From: Balanoglossus misakiensis
Taxonomy: Eukaryota; Animalia; Hemichordata
Reading direction: 5' to 3'
DNA length: 64,000 nucleotides
NCBI GenBank assembly: GCA_040954595.2
Contig: CM082578.2
Span: 16,662,998 to 16,726,997, forward strand
Position numbers and translations under genes: made by a program
Notes under the pieces: model-generated
What the model was told of the DNA's origin: nothing
The model's database searches: none
Seen by the model: only the letters and a program-made list of their open reading frames with translations
In this document: piece by piece, positions 13,547-27,400 of the stretch
Layout of the letters: every line of letters begins with the position of its first letter
How positions within the stretch are numbered: position 1 is the first letter of the stretch

Positions 13547-16149
13547 TTTCGTATTAAACAAAAACACCTGCGCGCGCACTCGCATCTCTCTACATTTTCT
13601 TTAACGTCCGGTTATCACGTTTTTTTCTACGAACTCTGCATGCACATGAGTTTTTTCTGTTCAGATTGATTTGATAAGATCCAGCGGCAAGGAAACAATT
13701 TGGTCCCATGAGTAAACGTCACTGGCTTGTTTGTCCTGGTAGTTGTATTTTAACGAAGGGTGTAGAAAACGCCGCATTTTTCGCTGATCATGTGCTGCGT
13801 GTGGCACCCATATATAACTAGACAATTCTTGTTTGTTGTCCTGCTCTGTATGCTGCCTCAGAGATCTAGAGAAAGTATCCGTGACATGCTCACTGATTGT
13901 CCACTGCACTTTCTTTCGGGCAGCGTACTGCGGATGATGTCAGAGAATTTAAATCAGACCTCCCCTGCACGAATGACATTATGGAGCACGTAGCTTTCAG
14001 TAATTCAGTTATTTTTGCGATGATTGGCCTGCGTGGGAAATGCCAGTAACACTTACTGAAACTGCGCATCAATTATCTTGCATATTGCACGCACTTTCAA
14101 TAGATTAAGCAGAGAGAACATATGTACAGTTCTACTTTCTTCACTTTCTGAGGGACAATTATGATCAATTATCGAGATATTACATAAGAAACCCCGCATA
14201 CTGCCATCAAAAATTAGAACCCTTTAGCATTTCACCAAATGATTATAAAAATACTCTATGACACAAAATGGTGGGGCGATTTTGAAGCCATACATATCCA
14301 GTTTTCTTCTGCGCCGATAATGGGTATATCAATTTTCCGCTATCGCTGCTTTAAGATTTCTTGCAGAACAAGAAATGAAAAGAGGTCTTTCCCTGTCAGA
14401 CATGTGTGATCACTGCTGCGTCACTGCCTTAGAAAAACAAAGTAAGAAATTTACATAAAACAATGTCTTCTGGGTGTTTTTTCGCCTAACCCTTTTAATC
14501 CACTATATATCTGGCATGATAAAAAGGTCCTGGGGTTCGTGGATTTATTTTACCACCGTTGACAATGAACATGGTGATCTTTCACCAGCTACAAATGAGT
14601 ATGTTAAAAGTACACTTCTGATGAATTTGCGCAAGTGGGTTGGCAATAAGTCTGTGACAAATTGTATGATTTGTGAAGTGAAAATGAGAGAAATTTTGAT
14701 ATACGCCCATGCAGTTATAGTGATAAAATCAATGTAAGGTCGAACAGACAAAATTCAGCCAAGGGGGTTCTGCTGCTCTAAAGGGTAAGGTTCCAAAATG
14801 TTCACATAGACAGGCCATCAAATGATATCAGAAATACCAAACTCATTAAAAAGGATTGACAAAGTACCTGTCTCATTTTTCAATCTTGGAAACATGTCAA
14901 TGAAATGATATTGGAAAGATACTAGTTGTAAGTTCCATAAATGTATACTTTCGAATAAATTATAGTACAAACATATAATTCATACTCGCTAACAAACACA
15001 GAGATAATAAATAAGGTCAAGGAAAACATTGGGTTTAACAGAATGGACTTTATTTCATCCTAGTGTTGGTTGCCATGAGAACAATTCTGACTTGAGATCC
15101 GTTCATGCCCTGCAGAATGAGGCTCGCACATCTATATGGTGTCTATGCAACCATTATGTCCAGGTTTATGAAACAAATGTATACAATGATTAAAAGAATT
15201 ATTTAGCATATAAGCTGAAATGACAACAGTAAGGACAATGCATGTACATGTAAGTAACTTTTTACAAAAAACGTGCCACTATGGTGTCCTCATTAACTGA
15301 AGAATGAATAAAAACCTCATAAGGTCAAACGAGGATTTGCCTATATATGCTCAAGCTTCTCATTTTTTTAGCATAAGGGTGAAATCCCTTGCAGTATAAG
15401 GTCGCATAAACACTGATTTTTGATCGTCTTATCCGGTGCAAGCATAACATTCTGGTCAATCGAATGTATCGTCGCAACTGAACTAATAGCCATTGTTTAT
15501 CCAACAGCATCGGTTGAAAAAAACGGACATGCGCATGACAGCGTCGTCGTCTCTGTGGGCACATACTTGCTTTTCTGTGTGTATTATTCATTTTCATGCC
15601 CTTAAGCGAAAAGATACACCTCATATTCAATCTGAACAGCGTCACCATGCCGACCGTATCCTTTGTATTATATTGTCAACGTTGAACAGTCGTCGTCAAT
15701 ATTGCCGTCAAGGAATAATAATTCTCTGTTAATTCTCTGATAAATGTTTAGCAACTATGGATGAAATATGAAGAATTGTGTCAAAAGTATATTCGTCTTT
15801 ATTTTTAGCAACTGAGCACACGCATGTGGTCCAAATTTTAAGTGTAGTGTCGACATCTATAGTGTTATTCCGCATAAAGATGGGAAAAATCATTGGATTA
15901 CTTTTATCTGTGGGTGCTGTGTAATAAAATTACAAGTGTTTTTTAACACTGAATAAATGTCGATGAAACCGTACACTGTGTAGATCTCTGCCAGCAAAAC
16001 ACTTGGGAAAACAAAATCAAACACTAGAATCTACAGTTTGAAATTTTCCCATAAAATCATCTGCTACTTGGTTGCATTGCCGTTAATCATATTAATAAAC
16101 ATTCTATGGCAAATGTACTCAAAGAGCAAAGAATAATATTTTCCTTCTC

Positions 16150-16155
16150 TTTATT
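16150..16155 (-). promoter_or_regulatory. Candidate polyadenylation signal of the minus-strand GPCR
   Basis: First AATAAA on the minus strand after the stop codon, about 450 nt downstream. Common hexamer, so weak evidence. Confidence 0.3.
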
Positions 16156-16606
16156 GTCAAGTGTGCTTTAACAAAAGACAACAACACTATATGCACTTGC
16201 TTGTTTTAATGGTTATCATCTGTTGGACTGTATCACTTAGACAAACAACAAAGATTTCATTCCAAGCAAGCAGCATGTTGAGGGTTTCATAAACTAACCT
16301 TCTTTTGACCATCATTTCGTAACGTCCATGGTAACCCCCTCGGAATGTCCACACAAGAATAAGTGCAATTTTCAGAATCAGTCATAAAAATATGTTAACA
16401 GCTGATACACAATAAAATCGTCTCGGCAATGGCATACCCAGTATTTTTTTTTACAAAGAATATGCAAGTCAGATCAATGTTAACACACATAGGCGAGATA
16501 TTTCTCCAGTCTGTAGCATTTCTTTGATTGTCGTCAATGGATTATCACGGTCTTGTTTAAAATATCGAACTAAAACAGGTGTTTCCTATCTATATATATT
16601 TGTGTG

Positions 16607-17788
16607 TTAAAGTTCAGACGTTTTAGTCGAAGCTCGCGTACTGCTACACAAGCTGCCGCCTGCTTTCAGTCGATAGGAACTGTTGAGCCTGCGGCGCTTC
16701 CCGCAGAATGCTCGTCTGAAAGCCTTCCTTCGAATGTTGCTCCCGACGTTGTAGAGCATCGGGCTAAGAGCCAGGTGCACGAGCTGCAGCATGGTCTGTG
16801 CACTCTGCAAACAAGACACCGTGTCCTCGCCTATCGACTGGTGCTCCGAGATGATGGAGAAGGCCGCGATCATCTGTGTGGCTGCCAGTGGAGCGAAACA
16901 CAAGAAGAAGAGCAAGGTGATGGCCACGCACAGAATCAGGACGTTCCGTTCCTCTTTGCTGGACCGTGACGATCGCATCTTCCGGCTGTCCTTGCCACAC
17001 TGGTTCGTGGGCCTCTTCATCAGCAAGACGTTGACCACGACCAGGCCATAGCATATGACCACGATGCAAACGGGAAGGGCTGTGAAACACGTGAATATGA
17101 TGAGAAAGGTGACGACCACTGCGGTGTTGAGTTGATAGTAGTTGGTGTACAGCGAGAAGGCACCCATGCCCGATCCCAGAAACCATGTGGTGACCATTAG
17201 AGAATAAACACGCTTTTTACTGCGAAGATTCAACAAGTTTGCCCTGAATGGATGGCACACGGCGATGTATCTCTCGATGCTGATGAGCGTTATCGTCAAC
17301 AGTGCCGTGCAGAGAAAAGCTGTCGTTACGAATATCCAGATTTGAGAGAAGACCATACTGATTGAGAATGACTTTTCTGGTGTCAGCGTTCCGTCCATCA
17401 TCAGCCGCAACAACGTCAGGTACGCCAGTTCAGTGATGATGTACACGGTGTCCACCGCGGCCAAGTTGATGAAGTGGATGTTGGGTATGGTGCGCATGCC
17501 ACGGACGCGTGACACGACAAAAACAAAGGACATGTTCCCTGCAAAGGCAATTGCGCTGAGTATAGTTCGACAGTAAAACTGTATGTAATAGTCAATGTAA
17601 CAACTACTAAGAGACATACCAAGAATGGCACCCGTTGCATTGCTCGACATGTCGCTGCTGTTTGTATGACCGTACAGGGGGACTCTGATATCACCAGTGT
17701 CATTAACATCTGGGTTGTAAATAACGCTGTGGACACCTTCATTGCCGTTCATTAAGTCCATACTGATGTTCAGAGAGTTCGCAGACAT
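16607..17788 (-). CDS. Class A (rhodopsin-like) GPCR, orphan, single coding exon, 393 aa
   Basis: Uninterrupted ORF with seven hydrophobic segments. Family A motifs: TM1 AGN, TM2 NLAAVD, TM3 SIERYIAVCHP, TM4 W, TM5 LP..Y, TM6 FFLCFAP, TM7 SPMLY (NPxxY variant), helix 8 RKAFRRAF. The N-terminus has several N-glycosylation sequons (NIS, NDT, NSS, NAT). The ligand class cannot be determined from sequence. Confidence 0.95.
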   Translation of the reverse strand: MSANSLNISMDLMNGNEGVHSVIYNPDVNDTGDIRVPLYGHTNSSDMSSNATGAILGMSLSSCYIDYYIQFYCRTILSAIAFAGNMSFVFVVSRVRGMRTIPNIHFINLAAVDTVYIITELAYLTLLRLMMDGTLTPEKSFSISMVFSQIWIFVTTAFLCTALLTITLISIERYIAVCHPFRANLLNLRSKKRVYSLMVTTWFLGSGMGAFSLYTNYYQLNTAVVVTFLIIFTCFTALPVCIVVICYGLVVVNVLLMKRPTNQCGKDSRKMRSSRSSKEERNVLILCVAITLLFFLCFAPLAATQMIAAFSIISEHQSIGEDTVSCLQSAQTMLQLVHLALSPMLYNVGSNIRRKAFRRAFCGKRRRLNSSYRLKAGGSLCSSTRASTKTSEL

Positions 17789-17795
17789 CCCAAAC

Positions 17796-17820
17796 CTGCA
17801 ATTAAATTAGCCAAAATTAG
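17796..17820 (-). promoter_or_regulatory. Probable 3' splice acceptor 7 nt upstream of the GPCR start codon (5' UTR intron)
   Basis: The minus strand reads ctaattttggctaatttaattgcAG|GTTTGGG-ATG: two CTAAT branch-like motifs and a TGCAG|G acceptor immediately before the ATG at 17788. Confidence 0.6.
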
Positions 17821-20211
17821 ACACCACGCAAAATAAGCAGCCGACTTGGAGTTTTGCTAATCCGTAGTACACGATGCCACAGCTATCACAACAGTGTCAG
17901 TGCATGTTAGAGGTACAGTACCCTGACGCATGATGACGATGGACAATGCGATGAGGGCGAACTCTATATTCCCATCTCAGGAAAGCGTGCTTTTTGTATG
18001 AAACGACATTGATTGCTCATTGCATGAATAATGTATATAGGCAGTGTTTTTCAGCTACGCTGAATATATACTGCGCGTGCAATCGACTAAGTTACATGCA
18101 CAGAATTAAGGTTATTTCAATGTGCGTTAAGAGGGTTGCCATGGAAGTCACGGGGGAGAAGATAAACTTTAACGAGTGAAACTTTCTCGCATGTTTCAAA
18201 TGAGAACGTATACCACAGTTCATTAACCACCGACATCTTGTCTGTAGTTACAGACCACATTATCAAAAGAATGCCTGATGAATTTTAAACCTTCTGCGAC
18301 AATATCAATAGTAAATTAATAAAAATAACCTACGATTAAAATGCGATCAAATTAAAAACAGTTCTGCATACCATGAAAGGGTGGAGGGAATACCTGGAAA
18401 CACAAGGCGCAAACTTTCCAGCTGAGCTAAACTCATATACATGTAACACAATACTTTTGTCGACAAAAAACAAGAATAACGTTTGAAAAATGCGTAAATA
18501 ATATCACCACATGAAAGAATAATATGACACATACCTGTCAAGTAACTCTGACAGAGCATGCCATCAAGATGACATCATGATGAAATTGAAATCATGTTGC
18601 ATAGCCGTAGCAACACCTTTTGTGAAGGTGTTGTCGGTAATTGCCCCATTATCTAAGACATTTGACATTTTATTAGCAAAAATGTTCAAAAATAATCCCG
18701 AAAACTGCTATTAAGGGAGGAAGCTGTACAACGTCGTGGGCGTTAAACTGCAATCGATGTTCTCATGATACAGAGAAATGGACGTGTCTATATTGATATA
18801 TAGATCAGTTCAAATATATAAAATATCAATAAACCATTTGGTCGTGTGACAAATGTGCAACAAAAAAATCAGCCCTGCTGTGTCGACTCTGGAGGTGAGC
18901 ATCATTGCGCTTAAACTCACATCACGACAGCATGTCACAACGTAGAACGCTCCACTTTTCGAATCACTTGACACATTCAAAGCAAAATAAATGGTAGCTA
19001 TATACATGCAGTATGTTTGCTGCAGTCGTGTGAAGAATATCAAGGGAATGCTTCAGGGGATTTCACACAACGCACTCGTCTTGGAAATACAACGTACACA
19101 TGATTGGCGAGATACGTTAGTTCAAAAATACAATTTCCTGTCTTTGTTCATGGTCTACTCCCACAGGTAATGGTGGTTGCATGAACAATTGTAGCGCATC
19201 GTTGATATACTCGTTTTAAGAGATCTTCCCTTCCAAAGAGGCGGAAGCTGTTCTCGTTGCCAAACACGATCTTACCTTTTGATAGAGATAAGGCGTCAGT
19301 AAATCAGTTGTCGATTTGCGGCGAAAGTGTAGTTCCTTTGAAGAGCATTGCACAAACAATGCGGTGTACTCGTGTTCTTTAACGTCGTGCGCAAATCGAA
19401 AATCACAGTCGTCAACATGTTCTGATACTTCGTTTAAAGCGAAACTGTCGTCCAACGCACACGTTCGAAAATTATGTTTACAAACATTGTGTCACCGTCA
19501 CTCCAAACACCATGATTGTGTTTAACAGAGAAACATACGTTCCAACTGTGTAGTGAAACTTTTAACTCTTGATTTATAGTGTTATTTGTCCAAGTTTTAA
19601 GAAAAGCAAATTAGGAGTTAATTAACATAAATTGCCTAATATCTCACAGAACAGTTCATTTAATATGCAAAGTTCATAACTTTGATTGAAATGTGATCAG
19701 CACAGTTGGTACAACATAAACCTCCGTGTATTTTAGGGGGACAAGAAAATTGTGGTATGGCATACGAAAACTTTGCCAAAGACACTGACAGATGTGTACT
19801 GGATGACAGTGTTGCGTTCAGTACACTTGATAAATACAATATTATTTGTTTTACCTAACTCTACACATTCATCGATCCAGGAATAAAGTGATCTCGTGAT
19901 CTCAAATTTGCCAATATGTGAAATTCAAAATAGGTGTCAGTTTTCTGGATGAACTCTTGGAGATTGCTGCATTGATGATCTTTTAACTTTGAAACAACAC
20001 GGCCCAATGCGAGGTTGGAGATAACTGTCTCCACCTCCCGAGTATTATGGACATTCTCTCCGGGGAAAATGTGTTTAGAATTTGCAAGTCATCAAGGAAG
20101 TTCATGACCTCAGTCGTCTTATATGTGCCTTTTTATATTCATTCACCAAGCAGTTTCCTTATTAGGAACACAAATAAGTGACACATGGCTGTACTAATAG
20201 TAATTTTAATG

Positions 20212-20270
20212 TTAAGGTAGGACTCACCTTTGGGACAGGATTTCAGAAAAATTATAATCCTCCGGACCTT
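20212..20270 (+). mobile_element. Old TTAA-GG (Kolobok-like) transposon end, copy 1
   Basis: ttaaggta...cacct..gggaca..atttcagaaaa..ata..ctc aligns by eye with 31423-31480. Confidence 0.4.
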
Positions 20271-20559
20271 TCATTTTTTGTAACAGCAGAGAGTGTCATA
20301 CTGGTACATGTATGAACACTGCAAGCAAAATTAACCAGTAGCGTGGGCATGCAGTGAATAGTAGATGTTTTATCAAATACCACTATCGGTCGTGCTGAGA
20401 TAGGTCCTTTATCCCTTCGGTCAAATGTAATGCTTTATCTATTTACACTTTAATAGCATCTCTGTGTTGAGGCTATTCATGTTCTTGTTATTCTACTAAG
20501 TGAAAGGTCATGTTTGAATCTAGGTGGAAACAGCTAATATTTTACTTCACTAAAGGGTC

Positions 20560-20890
20560 ACGTATGGTCAACAGTAATTCAGGTCAGACGTGTCACAGTA
20601 ATGGCTCTGGACATGAAAGCGAAAAAACAAATGGCTGCCCTGCGGCAATATTGGATCGTATCACAAAAGAAATTGACATGCATGTAATACCATCTGTACC
20701 CCTGTCCTTACGTGTTAACACAGTTAGCGTATGAAGAATTATCCCTCCTCCCAAACACATTAAAAATGATGACAAAAATGATGGTCGCATTGAATCGTTC
20801 TTAACCAACCAGTCCAGGTATAGATTGTTGGCTGTGAACTGACGGACACACGGAGTGCCATCATTACGTCCCCTGGGGACAAAATCCTGA
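20560..20890 (+). repeat. Probable interspersed repeat with core AAATGGCTGCC...ATATTGGATCGTAT
   Basis: The core at 20629-20661 has an inverted match at about 31168-31191 (atacgattcaatatggctgacggg) and a partial match at 10641-10657 (aaatatggctgccggca). Boundaries are approximate. Confidence 0.35.
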
Positions 20891-23800
20891 GACGAGGATC
20901 CAATTTTATAATTCTGTTTATTGCTACACACCATGCATGTGGCTTCGACTTGAGACTATTACACCGACTATTGATCAGTGTGTTTCATTTACCTTTGGGC
21001 AAGTACGGGGCGAAAGATAATTGTCAACACTGCAATTGTGTTAAGAGTCATGGTATTCAGTGAGACTTAAAACGCAATTCCACGGAAAATGCGTGACATC
21101 GCAAAAAAGTATCCTTCAATGAAATGTTCTCAATTCACTGCTGAGAAGATTAGAAGAAAATTGTTGTTCAAACAGTGTAATATTGATATTCACAGAGTTT
21201 AATTACAAGGATGCTTGTTTTCTTCATGTACCAAGACCTATGCCATGTACCGCCTCAAATCTACGTGACACTCTGCAGACTTTCACTTGTTACGCTAGAA
21301 CTCATACATTTGTTCAATTAGACAGAATGCCGTAGCTTTCGTCAAGCCACTTTATTAACCTTGTATCTTTTACATCAAACCCGTCTCGTATATAGATTGC
21401 CAGCGGTCAATGAAAGTCGATGATTATGTCCAGGAAAGGCTATACTTTATTTCACCTTCCAAGCAAATCTGATACTTTTGTTGACTGAAAACTCTCTTCA
21501 GCAGTTGCGCTAGCTGTTGAATGTCCCAGAGCTAGAAAGCAAGTAAACACTTAATTGTATTGCCCCGCGTTGCTCAATCGTTTGGGGTTAATAAAATGTA
21601 CAGCTATACTGTGAAGTACTCACAGTACTTTGTTCACTTTTGTTTACGATGGTTATGGTAAAAGTCAAAATCATAAGCTCATTAATGTTGTTCACATTTT
21701 TGATAAGTTTTAGACTTAATACCCTGAGAGAGAGTGGGCGCAAGCATGCAGACAGACAATATCGTTCTTGCGTGGAAAATTTGGGAATGCTTATTTAACC
21801 AATAGGTTATCCAATTTTCCAAAGGCAACAAGAGGGACGTGTGAATGGACATCTCCTTAATAATTTACACGCACTTGATGTCATCTTCCAACAGAGCATC
21901 GAAAAGATTTCTTCATACTGTGATGATGAAGACTCAGCCAACCGATGAAATCTGCCATGCATGCATGATGTCGCAGTGACACTCAGTGTTGGACGCGCTG
22001 AGTGCTTGAGGGAATATCTTAATAGAGGCTTTCACTTTAGTGTTGAAACGGAAGACTTAAAATGGATGCAGAACGTTCCCGCTGGGCCCACTTTACTCAT
22101 TTCAAACTCAAAAAGACCCGTGGATGAAAGTTCCTGGCGTGCCTTTAAATGCAACTGTGATCGTTTGTTCTCTGATAAGTTTTGGGTTAAATTTGCATAG
22201 AGAGAGATGGAGAGCGAGAGAGATTTCAAAAACTCATTACCGTCATCATCATCATCATCTATTTTTGCATCATAATCTTCATTATCATCTACTTTGGTAT
22301 CAGCAGTAATATGAAGTTAAGTGCATGACATTGTGCCATCAGCTTCGTCCTGATTTTTCCAGCACCATGTTAGAATCCCTGCATGATTTGATTACAATGT
22401 TATGAGAAAGCCATTTATAAGAGCTCAAAATCCCTAATTTCTAACAAAGCACCATATGGTTATCTGCGTTCTTGAAGAGGCGTGTTTGCATGACACTCGA
22501 TGAAAGGCTGAGGCATTTTGGGGGGGAGGCATGAGAATGGCACCGCTATACTGTCAATGCTCACCTTCCTAATATAGGTTGAACAAATGGTGTGCTTTTT
22601 CTTCTGTGAAATCGTGCAACTGCCAACATGTGCATGTCACACTTTTGCATGGCAAGTCCTTGTATGATGCTCATTTAGACTTTTCACTGTTTACAAAGAA
22701 ACTACCTTTCAATATATCTTTGAGGAAATGCGTCTATTTGATAACAAAATAGATCAGCTGTTGAAGACATTTCACTTGCCATCGCTACTAGTTTTCCCGA
22801 TCTGTGAACTTTCTCAAATCATTTCTCCAGGGTGAATACCGGTAGCTTGTACAAAGAACAGATCTAAATGGCAGTGGGATGGAAACACGTGGAATTGAAA
22901 GGAGGTTCAGTAAATTGAAAATACAATTTCTGACTACAGACCAGTGAGCTTAAGATGTCAACTAAGACGCTGGATGAGTTGCTGCAGGAGAGAGATGAGC
23001 TTGTTTTATGTTTGCCAGGGTTCAGAAGGTTAGAGACCTTTCCTAAACCCTGAAGTAAAGACTCAACGTGGAGATTGATGGCGGAGTTGAAATGTGCCAA
23101 ACGATAATCAGAGGGTGCCCACAAAGGGCTGACTCCTAACGGTTCCTATCAGATGTACCGGCAAAACGCCAACTCTCGCTTGGGTTCTCAACTAACAGAG
23201 GTTTTATTGGAAGAAAGGTTTCGCGATTACAGCGCTGCTTATGTACCACAGTCAGAATTTCGTCCTGTCAAACACTGACAGCCAAGTGGGAAAAGCGAAA
23301 GGAATAGATAAGGTTGCGGAAAAAAAGGGAAAAAAGGTTCAGGGATTTAACATAGAAATAGTTTTGCCACACGAACAAATCATTTAAGTCATTCTTTTCA
23401 ACTTCTTGTTCCACAGAGACAGCTAAGGTCAATATGTTCAACGTTTCTATTCGTTGTGTTATCTTTACGAAGTACTCATTTTTATCGATATCTCTTTTTT
23501 TAATATTTTCACGGTCTATTTATATATAAATATATATTGGTCTCTTCTTACCTTTAACCGTTTTAAAATGCAGTTGGGATTTGTGCTTTTGCACCGCGCA
23601 GTAGAATGTTATGTGCTCATTTTGCCTTATTACATTTTATTGTGTATATTGTACAATGTAATATAGCTACAATACAGGTCATACATTGCCTGCGACATAA
23701 AATTCACGAATTAAGAGAAATCACAGCAAATGTCAGTGTTTCGCATAAAATTTATTGCAACGTAAGTTTTAAAATGCATGTCACTTAAAGTCAACTCTGT

Positions 23801-24201
23801 ACACAAGTGCGCCTTGATGAATCGAACTCAATATTCAATGAATATTGGCAGAAACACTTATTTAAACATTTAAGTTGATTATGTTGGTATGAGTTGGTAC
23901 GTTTATGGAAAGTAAAGCCAATGTAAAGCAGTACAGTTTCTATTCCCAGTCACCCCAGTCTCATATTTTACTGACTAAGCGGTTTCCGTTTTACTTTGAG
24001 TCTGTCGTTTGTTTTCCATTAACGTTTACAACGTATATAATAACGCTGGCGTTTAAAATAGTAAAGTGCCAAACCTTGGCATTTTCGGTTCAGCAACATT
24101 TCAATGGGTTTATTCATCTCAATCTCGGTGACATTTCATGACCTACATGTCTCTAGTACATTGTCTAAAATCCATAATATATCTACGAATTGCCAACTTA
24201 A

Positions 24202-24487
24202 AGGGACAAAGTCTCTCTTTCTTTGCCCTTTTTCATTATGTTTGATACAAGACACAGTTTATGTTATTCTACATATGGATATATACATGTGTAGTGAATC
24301 ACCAAAATGAATAAATTGTAACGACTGATTATTCATTTTGGCGATTTTTTCACACTCGTGTGTCTCGTGTGTGGTTGAACGTTGATTCACTAGGTACATG
24401 TATATCCAAATGTAGAATAACATAAGCACTGTCTTGTATAAAACGTAATTAATGGACAAAGGGCAGCGAAAGAGAGACTTTGTCCCT
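24202..24487. mobile_element. Kolobok-type MITE (286 bp) with about 100-bp TIRs and TTAA target-site duplication
   Basis: TTAA|AGGGACAAAGTCTCTCTTTC... and ...GAAAGAGAGACTTTGTCCCT|TTAA. The arms stay alignable through ttatgttattctaca...tagtgaatca. TTAA TSD with AG...CT ends is characteristic of Kolobok/T2-type elements. Confidence 0.85.
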
Positions 24488-27400
24488 TTAAGTAGTGAAC
24501 TTACTCGGTCTCGGAAAGCTACGCATTTTAGCATTGTATAATCACTGGTACAGAATCAGAATTAATTGTAGCTTTATAAATCCCCTAAGAGTAGCTTCCG
24601 GTTACAGCAGGGGCTACACCCACAGGTGTATAGACTTACTGGCAGCCATTAAGGGTACGTTTTCCATGTGTGGGAAATCTCCTTTCATTTCTGCCAAACA
24701 CATCTATTTGATCCCGACGGGGAATTCAATATCATTCTACTTCAGCTAAGCACGAACGGTTTCGTCATCATATCACAGGGAGCCATCATTATTTACGACC
24801 TGTGGGGAGGTGTGGGGGTCATTCAGTCCATTTCGTTAAAGCCTTTCATGGCACTTTGTAAGGTGTGATGTTTGCCATATTTCTCTTTCAATTATATGCA
24901 AACTACGTTAAACCATCAAACCTAGGTAGTAATTTAGAAAAAGAAATCCAACAGAATTGGTATGTCATTACCGAAGGGTTGGTCATGTATGATCTTAATG
25001 TGATGTGAAACTCAAAAGTGGTATAAAACATCGCCACTTCTAATTGTTTCTCACGAGGTTAAAACATCCAAATCACTGAATATTCTTATAGCCTGCACAG
25101 ATGCAAATTTCAATTTCCTTCTATAACATGGTGTCATGATTCCCATCAATTTGACAACTGGGTCGAACTGGTTAGAAAGGTGATACCTGGAGATGTTGTA
25201 AAACTTATGAAAGCAACAACAAGTTGCAATATATGACCTGAATTACACTTATGCAACGTTTCGTGTGCACACATGTCATTAATTTTGATAGTATTATTTG
25301 AAATAGGATGTCGCAGGTGTTGGTGCATTGTATAAAGATTAATACATGCCTTTTTTTAATAATTTAAACTGATGTTTTTCTTATTCTAAGTTGCCATCTG
25401 TGGCACCCACATTACAACTTGTCATGGAAATAATCACTATTGAAAAAAACCACAAGTGGATTGGTGTAAGAAGGTGTTAGCCAGGGGCATTGGTGAACAA
25501 TGTGCGTGTCCATTCCCCTGGGCATCACTGCAGCCAATATCTAATACAATTAAATGGTAGTGAGCTGTTAAAAATGTCCAGAATGTAAACTGAGTGAGAA
25601 GCAATCTAGACTTTCCCCAATCCCATTGGCATGTAAGCCCACAGGTCCAATTAATATTATTTATTCATTTATTTCATTACGATTGGATCCAGTCTAATGA
25701 TTTGTATATACTCGCGTATTAAAAGATTCTGGAGATTCATCAACTGTACTGGATATGGGAAGGCGGTTTCACAGGCACGCGTTCTGCCGCGTGTGGTGTT
25801 ACATATCAAATGAATGTCTACCAAGCAAGTCAAAGGTGTACTCAATATAGATGTATTGACACGGGAGGATTGACCTTATATGACCATATAGACGCCAACG
25901 TTCACTTGTGCGGGTAACTGCGGAAGGAAGGGCGCAGATTTACAGGGAGAGGCGCGGTACCATTTTATAGTAAATTTAAATAAGTGCAAAAGCGGCTTCT
26001 TTATTTCCATTAATGTACCATCATTTCGGGTTAATGTAACAAATGGTTACAGCTAAGTGTAAATCCTTATCGTCCCCTGGGTTTCTACAGATGCTGACGA
26101 TCAAACACTGTGCAACTTTTACGAATTTGGTGCTGTGCCCATTATACTTCAAACAGCGCATATACGAGTCAGATGTCCATCACTGCAGACAGAAACATCA
26201 TTCTATCGGAGTAGTGAGTTAAGGGATGACTATATTGTCCAAGCTTGGCAATCCATTTAATTATCTTGCATCTACGTCAAAGCATGAAAAACAACAGTGA
26301 GCACCTACAGAGAACATTTATTTCTGCAGGGCGTCTGCTTTATATTACATGCTGAGGGGTTACTTAAAGGTTAAGCAGCGATAGATAGTACAGCTGATAT
26401 CTATCACTTTTGATAAATGCATTGTAATATTTTTAATGCACATTACTCTCGTCACATATTCCTTCTTACAAGTACAATGACCGCATTTCTTTATATTTCT
26501 TCAACCCGCTAATACTTTCATGTCATGTCTATAACACTGATGAGGTTTGCAGCACATGGTGGGTTCTTTATTTAAAAAAAATGATTTTTCCCATAAAAAA
26601 AATGGTGGGGGAGTTTAATACACTGAGGTCAAATCTGGTAATGCTTTTTTTTACTAATATAACTCGTACTGAATGGGTGTTATGCGCACGAATGATCAGC
26701 GCAATCAACTTTGCATCCTGGTGCCACAGGATACAGGGTTTTTTCATAATTAAGATAACGATACCATGGGAACATATTCAAGTGCTGTCTACAGAGAATT
26801 GAATTCGGAAATAGGTGGGTAAGACCGACCCATACAGCATAATCTCATTTGTCATCACATGCCAGAAGCTTACAGCACTGCTGGTCTGCGTATTTTAATA
26901 CAGTGAGTTCTTAAAAAAAAAACAAGAAGAAGAGTGATAATAAAAGGCTATTTTTAAGACCTAATTATTATCACAAAGTAGTTCAACTCGTCTATTTTAT
27001 TCCTTCTCAGCAGATACGAATAGGCACTCAGGGAATTCAGGATCCGATATTCTTTCACATTGTCAGCCTTATATCATTCACCACGGCGGGTACGCCCAGT
27101 GTCACAACATCTAGAACCAAATTATCACAGATCATCAGTTATCGATCGGTCACTTGGGTCCGTCATGACAGGTTACCAGGATGTTTAATTTGAAGATTTC
27201 CACACGGTAACCCAGGAAAACGTACCCCACCTGAAATTTGGTTCGAGATGTTCAAGAATGATATGTAAATTAGGGCTTAGAAGTCGACAGTGTATTTCAT
27301 GATAGTTCCAAGCCATGACAAATTGTGTCGTTTGCAGTGAATAAGCGGGTATTTTCGTGAGTTGAATGTACATGGTATGTGTAAGTGTGAGCTAGAAGAT

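Noticed and set aside
16604-17186. Overlapping antisense and alternate-frame ORFs within the GPCR (similarly 57289-57801)
   Set aside because: Shadow ORFs expected from GC-rich codon usage; no recognisable protein features.
22955-23053. Short ORF MSTKTLDELLQERDELVL..., reminiscent of a Gypsy post-integrase helix
   Set aside because: Too short, with no flanking integrase motifs or LTRs.
26380-26406. Isolated small hairpins (also 18611-18633 and 5290-5331) as terminators or ncRNAs
   Set aside because: Short stems are expected by chance in 64 kb, and intrinsic terminators are not relevant in this eukaryotic context.
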